A stretch of DNA of 64,000 nucleotides from a virus, in IMG/VR virus record IMGVR_UViG_3300025276_000026, positions 33,369-97,368 of that record; one strand, written 5' to 3'. Every line of letters starts with the position of its first letter. Position 1 is the stretch's first letter. A model generated the notes under the pieces. That model saw only the letters and a program-made list of their open reading frames with translations, ran no database searches and was not told the DNA's origin. Both the position numbers and the translations under genes were made by a program. Below, one piece after another: positions 58,741-64,000 of this stretch.

Positions 58741-58887
58741 TTGCCCTGACGCATTATTCCATCCAGTAGGAGTCTTAACATAAATTTGGTCGACGGCCTT
58801 CCATGTAGTAGAACCTGTCTTTACCCATGCACCTTGAGTTGAATTCCAACCCGACGGTGTTTTGACCTTTTGTGAACCTGTTGCCAT
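57637..58887 (-). CDS. Pro/Gln/Arg/Tyr-rich modular repeat protein A with Trp-rich N-terminal docking-like domain (putative fibre strand)
   Basis: VKTPSGW/WVKTGSTTWK/YVKTPTGW N-terminus, then 47 modules; late TAAATA at 58912-58917. Confidence 0.85.
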   Translation of the reverse strand: MATGSQKVKTPSGWNSTQGAWVKTGSTTWKAVDQIYVKTPTGWNNASGQTATQIPYPYIAAGQQPNIRDAQQPYPYIATGQEPNIRDAQQPYPYIANNQEPNIRSAQQPYPYIANARQPSTYQHRSPFTYNNVGQQPVTYQYRSPFTYRNPVNGQEPNIRNSQTPFTYRNPVNGQEPNIRQARQPASYQHRSPFTYNHRSPSTYNHRSPFTYRNPVNAQQPNIRDARQPSTYNHRSPYTYNHRSPFTYNHRSPFTYRNPVSAQQPNIRSIQEPNIRNSQSPFTFQAPFTYNSRYPANGQSPFTFQAPFTYNSRYPANGQSPFTFQAPFTYQQPSNARQPNSARQPFTYRQPYIANARQPNSARNPFTYRVPYIANARSSVNVQTPSIAQSPSSYQHRSPFTYYFAYGGGSPNYYEP

Positions 58888-58938
58888 TTAGTTATCCATT
58901 AATTATATTGTTATTTATTAAGATTCTAAACCCCTATT

Positions 58939-61143
58939 TTAGGAGTATAGAACCCACATGTCACCAACCGCTCCATCACCACTTGTAGGTGCTGAAGTTG
59001 ACTGGTACATATTTCTTGCAGTTCCACCACTATTAGATGCATTTGTTATTGACAATGCTCCTGTAGATACTGCCGAAGGGGTTACTGATATCGCTCCAGT
59101 TGAAGCACCAGTTGCAGAAGTTGTACCGAATACAAATCCTGTTGCACTGTCGTCCCACCCCATAAATACGTTACTCTCACTTCCTCTCTCAATCACTATA
59201 CCTGCGTCGTTTGAAGGACTGCCTGTAGTTCCGTTTCCTAACTCAATCAATGAGTCTGTCATTGTTGTGTTAGTAGAACTTACTGTAGAAGTAGTTCCGT
59301 TAACTGTTAAGTTTCCACTTAGTACCATGTCTGCAAACGTTACGTTACTTGAAGTAGCAACTGCCTGTCCGATGGATATTGCACCACCACTAAATCCGAC
59401 ACCAGTACCAGCACTTAGTTGAGCTCTTACATCTGAAGCAGTAGGGCCGTCATAAGTATATGCACCTGTTGAAGCGTTGTATGCAAGTCCACCAATTCCG
59501 TTTGAAACTGCTGAATGTAATGCTCTGATTTCTCCATCTGTACTACCAGTAATGGTAAGTGTTCCAGCTGCGTCATTGTAAGTTTTTGTGATGTTAGTGC
59601 CTGCAGTAATAACTGCATTCATTCTGTCATCTACTTGTTCTTGGTCTAAAGCATCTGTTGCAATAGTAAGTGTTCCAGCACTGTCATCATATGTTGATGT
59701 GATGTTTGCACCGTCTGTGATTAAAGTATTAACTCTATCGTCAACTCTCTCATCTGTGTAGTATAAGTTTCCACTCTCACCAACGTGAGATGTGTTTAAA
59801 GTGACCGCTGCTCCTAGAGCAACTGCTTGTGAGTTAATTGTAACTGAAGAGTTGGAAAGTTTTGCGTTTGCAATTGAACCTGCTAACATGGCATTAGTAA
59901 TACCAGTTGCTTTTACTCTTAGTGTATCTGAATTTGTTTCGATTGAACTGTCATCTACTGTTACGGATAGAACACCACTTGAGTGTCCAAGACCGTCACC
60001 TGCTACTGAAGCATCTAGGTTTAGGGTTGCATCTCCCGAAGTAGCACCACCTGTTAGACCGTCACCTGCGATAACACCTGTGATGTCCGCTGCGTTTCCG
60101 TCAATAGTAAGTGTTCCAGCTGCATCATTATATGTTGCAGTGATGTTTGTACCACCAACAACTAATGCACCGACTCTGTCGTCGACTCTTTCGTTTGTGT
60201 AGTAAAGGTTACCACTCTCTGTGATTCCACCAGTATTTAATGTGATGTTTGCTGTACCGTCGAATCCAACACCCGAGATAGTTCTTGAACTTGCAAGTGC
60301 TGTAGCAGTTCCTGCTAGGCCTGTTGTATCTTGGTTAAGTGTTGCAACTGTAAAGTCTAATGTGTTGTCTGCATCTTGATAAGCTACTGTAATACCACTT
60401 TCAGCATTACTTGTTACCATTGCTCCGACTGTATCTGCGATAAATTCTGCGTCTACTGCAAGGTCTATTGTTCCGTCTGCATCGTCATATGTTACTGCAA
60501 TACCTGTTTCAGTATTTGAACTGAACATTGCACCAGCAATATCTTGAACTCTTTCTGAAGTATGATAAAGGTTAGTTGAACCTTCTGTTAAACTGTCTGT
60601 GTTTGATGAACTTTCATCTACTAATTTTCTCCATGAACCAGCATGAGCAAAGTACCCTTTTCCTGTTCCATGAACATGAGCAAACATACCATGGTATGTA
60701 CTTGCACTAGGTAAGTCACCTTCTGCACTATACATGTTAGCAAACAATACTTTGTTACCACCCATGTCGAGGTCTGAACCATCGATACTTGCTCTAATAG
60801 CAGTCATGTCAGCTTCAATAGTATCTGCATTAACTGTGATACCTGTTCCAGCACCAATGTTTAATGTAGCATCTCCACTAGATGCAGTACCAGTTAAACC
60901 AGCTCCTGCGTTAACTCCAGTGATATCACCTTGTTGTCCATTCAGTGTAAGTGTTCCTGCTGAATCGTCGTAAGTTGCAGTAATTCCTGTTCCACCAACG
61001 ATTAATGCATTGACTCTATCGTCAATTGCTTCGTTTGCAGCGGTACCAAAAGCAGCTGCTACTAGGTCACCCGAACTGTCTAATACATCGTTCGTTCCTA
61101 CTGATAAACCATTCTTAAGTATAAAATTCTTTTCGCCTGCCAT
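58939..61143 (-). CDS. tail fibre-like virion protein
   Basis: G/A/T/S-rich; repeated NLYxTxERVxD and TYDDxAGTLT; C-terminal SAPTSGDGAVGDMW. Confidence 0.8.
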   Translation of the reverse strand: MAGEKNFILKNGLSVGTNDVLDSSGDLVAAAFGTAANEAIDDRVNALIVGGTGITATYDDSAGTLTLNGQQGDITGVNAGAGLTGTASSGDATLNIGAGTGITVNADTIEADMTAIRASIDGSDLDMGGNKVLFANMYSAEGDLPSASTYHGMFAHVHGTGKGYFAHAGSWRKLVDESSSNTDSLTEGSTNLYHTSERVQDIAGAMFSSNTETGIAVTYDDADGTIDLAVDAEFIADTVGAMVTSNAESGITVAYQDADNTLDFTVATLNQDTTGLAGTATALASSRTISGVGFDGTANITLNTGGITESGNLYYTNERVDDRVGALVVGGTNITATYNDAAGTLTIDGNAADITGVIAGDGLTGGATSGDATLNLDASVAGDGLGHSSGVLSVTVDDSSIETNSDTLRVKATGITNAMLAGSIANAKLSNSSVTINSQAVALGAAVTLNTSHVGESGNLYYTDERVDDRVNTLITDGANITSTYDDSAGTLTIATDALDQEQVDDRMNAVITAGTNITKTYNDAAGTLTITGSTDGEIRALHSAVSNGIGGLAYNASTGAYTYDGPTASDVRAQLSAGTGVGFSGGAISIGQAVATSSNVTFADMVLSGNLTVNGTTSTVSSTNTTMTDSLIELGNGTTGSPSNDAGIVIERGSESNVFMGWDDSATGFVFGTTSATGASTGAISVTPSAVSTGALSITNASNSGGTARNMYQSTSAPTSGDGAVGDMWVLYS

Positions 61144-61361
61144 TAGATAGTGCCTCCATCAATTGTCGCATTTGCTAATCTAGTATCGAATGCACTGTTA
61201 AATCTACTATCTGTATAGTAAAGGTTTGATGAACCTTCTGTAAGGTTATCGGATGTAAGTAGAGATATAGCAGTCGCTGCCAGTTTTCCTGCTGAAGAAA
61301 TAACTTCAGTCGAACCTACTGTGAGACCATATTCTATTACGAATGTATTTTGTGTTGCCAT
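61143..61361 (-). CDS. small fibre-associated protein
   Basis: FVIEYGLTVG, LTEGSSNLYYT and IDGGT motifs shared with neighbouring fibre genes. Confidence 0.65.
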   Translation of the reverse strand: MATQNTFVIEYGLTVGSTEVISSAGKLAATAISLLTSDNLTEGSSNLYYTDSRFNSAFDTRLANATIDGGTI

Positions 61362-61469
61362 TTGTGTGTCCTTTTAATGGTTACCTTGAGGTGTTGATAC
61401 ATTTATTTATCGATTCCACCAGTTCAAGACCACCGTATATTGTGTGTTTTAAAAAAAATTGCTCTTTAT

Positions 61470-62303
61470 TTAAGCGTCAACCAAAATCTTCTTAAACTTG
61501 AAGACCGTTGAGTTGCTTGAGGCAGGAGTAGTTCTGATACGCAATGTTCCAATGTTTATATCAACACCGAACGTTGCGAGTTCTGTAGACCCTGTTAAGA
61601 CCGTGCCATACTGTGACACTGAACCTACTGTTCCATTATGTACTATTGATAATTCTGTGAACTGATAAGTCCCACTTGTCGAATCAGAGATAGATACTTC
61701 ATACTTTGCACTTCTATATGTCGAAGTTGAGAATGTATCCATACTAGTTTCAGTTGTTGCAGTAGTAGTTAGTGTTCCACCATCTAATCCAGCTGCAGAT
61801 TGGAATGTCAATACACCACTACCATTTGTAGTGAGAATTTGACCACTAGTTCCATCTGAAGTTGGGTAATTTATACTTGCACCTGTCAAACTATTCGTTG
61901 CAGTCAATGTTGTTGCAACTAAGTCACCAACATGTAAGTCTGCTAATGCGTACCCACTGCCAGTTAGGTTAACAGTAGATGAAGGTTCTACTTCAAGACC
62001 ATCAAATAACTTCCATGTAGAGTCTGTAGCGTCTCTGAATAGACCTGTATACTCACTTGCACCACCTTCCCCACTTAAACCATCATTATAGTTACCATAG
62101 ATTCCTATATCAATAGTATCCGTAGCAGTGTTACCACTTGCCAGTTCTATTAAGGAGTCGGTAACGGATTGCGTTGTTGAGTCAATAACCGTATTGGTTC
62201 CGTTAACAGTTAGGTCACCTGTAACAACTAGATTGCCACCAATACTGGTGTCACCTGCTGTTTGAAGACCAACGTCTGCAAAAAATTTACTCTTTGTTGC
62301 CAT
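61470..62303 (-). CDS. virion structural/fibre protein
   Basis: GDLTVNGT, PTSDGTSGQILTTNGSG; C-terminal YRSAKY domain. Confidence 0.75.
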   Translation of the reverse strand: MATKSKFFADVGLQTAGDTSIGGNLVVTGDLTVNGTNTVIDSTTQSVTDSLIELASGNTATDTIDIGIYGNYNDGLSGEGGASEYTGLFRDATDSTWKLFDGLEVEPSSTVNLTGSGYALADLHVGDLVATTLTATNSLTGASINYPTSDGTSGQILTTNGSGVLTFQSAAGLDGGTLTTTATTETSMDTFSTSTYRSAKYEVSISDSTSGTYQFTELSIVHNGTVGSVSQYGTVLTGSTELATFGVDINIGTLRIRTTPASSNSTVFKFKKILVDA

Positions 62304-62329
62304 AGTCTTATTTATAGCTAATCCAGCAC

Positions 62330-62356
62330 AAAAAAAGGGGTTCCGAAGAACCCCTT
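62330..62356 (-). terminator. rho-independent terminator
   Basis: AAGGGGTTC-TTCG-GAACCCCTT then T-run (UUCG tetraloop). Confidence 0.88.
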
Positions 62357-62380
62357 AAAAGAATTTACGTTATCTTTTAC

Positions 62381-62794
62381 TTATGCATTTACTGTTGTTC
62401 TATCGAACTTAGTAACGGTTGATGTAGTTGAGGCAGGTGTGATTCTCAATCTGAGGTCACTCCCACTTATATCTGCATCAAATGTTGCTAGAGCAGAACC
62501 GCTTTTTAACGTGCCGTATGCTGTTAGTGTTACATTAGTACCGTCATGAATTAACATTAATTCAGTACTATGGAAATCACTCCCTTGAGACATTGCAATA
62601 ACATATCTCGCAGCTCTATAACTAGCCTTTGCAAACGTATCCAAGTTAACTTGGGTAGTTGCAGTAGTAGTTGTATCACCACGACTTCTGTTAGCATCTT
62701 CTAAGGCTTTCGTAGTAGTGATACTATCCGAGGATGTATCATACTGAAAAACACGGATTAATTCTGCTAATTTAAAACTCATTGATTTTGCCAT
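62381..62794 (-). CDS. virion structural protein (YRAARY-type C-terminal domain)
   Basis: Paralogous to the C-termini of both neighbours. Confidence 0.7.
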   Translation of the reverse strand: MAKSMSFKLAELIRVFQYDTSSDSITTTKALEDANRSRGDTTTTATTQVNLDTFAKASYRAARYVIAMSQGSDFHSTELMLIHDGTNVTLTAYGTLKSGSALATFDADISGSDLRLRITPASTTSTVTKFDRTTVNA

Positions 62795-62808
62795 TAGTTA
62801 ATCCCCCC

Positions 62809-63636
62809 TTAAGAGTGTCTAATTTGGAATGTATCCACTGTAGTGTTGGTGTTACTTGGAGTTATGAGAAGTCTCATATTCCCCGAGTTAACATCAGCAC
62901 TCAATGTAAACAAACTTGCTGTTGAATACACATCTCCGTATTGTACGAAGAATGCATTCGAGCCGTTATTAATAAGTAATACTTCACATGCATGTGTCCC
63001 TGCCGAAGCATGGGTTGCATTAACGACATACTTGATGCCTTTAATTGCAACTGCATTTGAAGATAATACTTGGTCTGCTGTCGTAGCGGTTAAAACACTT
63101 GCAGTAAAGAACCCTTGAACAAGGTTCGCTGCAGCTGTTAGAGCCACTACTTCTAGTACATCTCCACTCAAAGCATTTGCTTGGAGTGTGATAGTCGAAC
63201 TATTAGTAGCAGTATAATCTACTCCACCGTCGATTAGTTTCACACCATTCAAATAGACTTGTTCACTACCTGCTTGATAAGTCAACGAATTACTACTATC
63301 ATCGTTTCCGCTGATAACTGTAGTCGTTGAACCTATCGTGTAGGTAAATGTGGCAATTCCACTTGATGGTTGTGCAACGAATGACAATGACCCACTACCA
63401 TTGGTAGATAGGACTTGATTCGAACTACCGTCACTAGTCGGAAAGGCATAGGCATCATTAACGCTTAAAGTTGTAGGATTAGAACCGATTTCGAAAACCG
63501 CTGCTGACCCATCGTTCTTTTCAGTATACATTCTACCATGATAGGTATTAATCGCGACTTCACCTAGTGATAAATCACCAGTAGTCGGGACTGCATTCTG
63601 AGTCGAACTTCTTTTAAAATTAATAACTGTTGCCAT
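62809..63636 (-). CDS. virion structural/fibre protein
   Basis: KRSS...P...L..GEVAIN N-terminus, VYLNGVKL, paralogous C-terminal domain; AGGAG RBS. Confidence 0.75.
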   Translation of the reverse strand: MATVINFKRSSTQNAVPTTGDLSLGEVAINTYHGRMYTEKNDGSAAVFEIGSNPTTLSVNDAYAFPTSDGSSNQVLSTNGSGSLSFVAQPSSGIATFTYTIGSTTTVISGNDDSSNSLTYQAGSEQVYLNGVKLIDGGVDYTATNSSTITLQANALSGDVLEVVALTAAANLVQGFFTASVLTATTADQVLSSNAVAIKGIKYVVNATHASAGTHACEVLLINNGSNAFFVQYGDVYSTASLFTLSADVNSGNMRLLITPSNTNTTVDTFQIRHS

Positions 63637-63680
63637 GTTACTCTCCTAGTATTGATTGATTGATGAAATTTTAATATTAA

Positions 63681-64000
63681 TTAAAATGTTCCGCCGTCAA
63701 TACCAGTGATTGCAACTGCACCACTAGAAACCGTGAAGTTTGCTGTAGCAAAACTTGCGATACCTTTGTTAGATACTGTTGCATCTTCTCCAGTAATCGT
63801 AGCAGTTCCACCACTATAAGCAACATCCATACCTTCACCAGCTGCAACAATAACAACACCTAAATTAGATGCAGTTGACTGTTCACTACTGATTGTTATG
63901 CTTCCAGCACCGTTAGTAACATCAATTCCGTCACCAGCAGTAATAGTTCCTAGAGCTAAATCTGAACCAGTACCCATCATTATCTGACCGTTACTTGGAG
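63681..64000 (-). CDS. tail fibre-like protein, C-terminal part (truncated by window edge)
   Basis: AGDGIDV/AGEGMDV repeats, ends IDGGTF; reading frame runs to the window end. Confidence 0.7.
   Translation of the reverse strand, partial: PSNGQIMMGTGSDLALGTITAGDGIDVTNGAGSITISSEQSTASNLGVVIVAAGEGMDVAYSGGTATITGEDATVSNKGIASFATANFTVSSGAVAITGIDGGTF

Noticed and set aside
56470-58887. DNA inverted repeat or antisense coding as the cause of the mirror symmetry
   Set aside because: Both genes are on the same strand, and paired modules (e.g. QEPNIR versus RSPFTY codons) are not nucleotide reverse complements
305-63118. Numerous plus-strand ORFs in the track (other than 38299-38745), and alternate-frame minus ORFs such as 2778-2984, 11265-11537, 38714-39037 and 56814-57359
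   Set aside because: They overlap well-supported genes, lack RBS or motifs, and look like shadow frames
1-64000. tRNA or rRNA genes; alternative genetic code
   Set aside because: No cloverleaf with a T-loop was recognised in the short intergenic gaps; TAA, TAG and TGA all end conserved genes at expected positions

Overview
This 64 kb window is part of an AT-rich T4-like myovirus genome, probably marine or aquatic with a proteobacterial host (inferred from gene content). Nearly all genes are on the minus strand. Replication/recombination genes: partial gp41, uvsX, gp43, regA, gp62/44/45, gp46/47, gp55, uvsW, uvsY. Virion block: gp3, gp23/22/21/68/67/20/19/18/17/16/15/14/13 and several fibre-like genes. 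Accessory content: a C5-methyltransferase + TET/JBP-like dioxygenase + P-loop kinase DNA-modification cluster; host-like genes (iscU, ferredoxin, peroxiredoxin, hsp20, peptide deformylase); and a curli-like CsgF/CsgG/curlin + FecR + CHASE2-adenylate-cyclase operon. The most striking observation is two adjacent repeat proteins (57637-58887 and 56470-57588). Their 47 short modules match one-to-one in reverse order under a fixed pairing code, like a protein-level reverse complement, which suggests a long antiparallel heterodimeric fibre. A glycosyltransferase/2OG-oxygenase cluster follows directly. Also notable: many apparently leaderless genes, a structured RNA leader before gp44, and restriction-site avoidance that seems relaxed only where the site overlaps GpC. 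All calls come from motif recognition and manual reading; no database searches were run.
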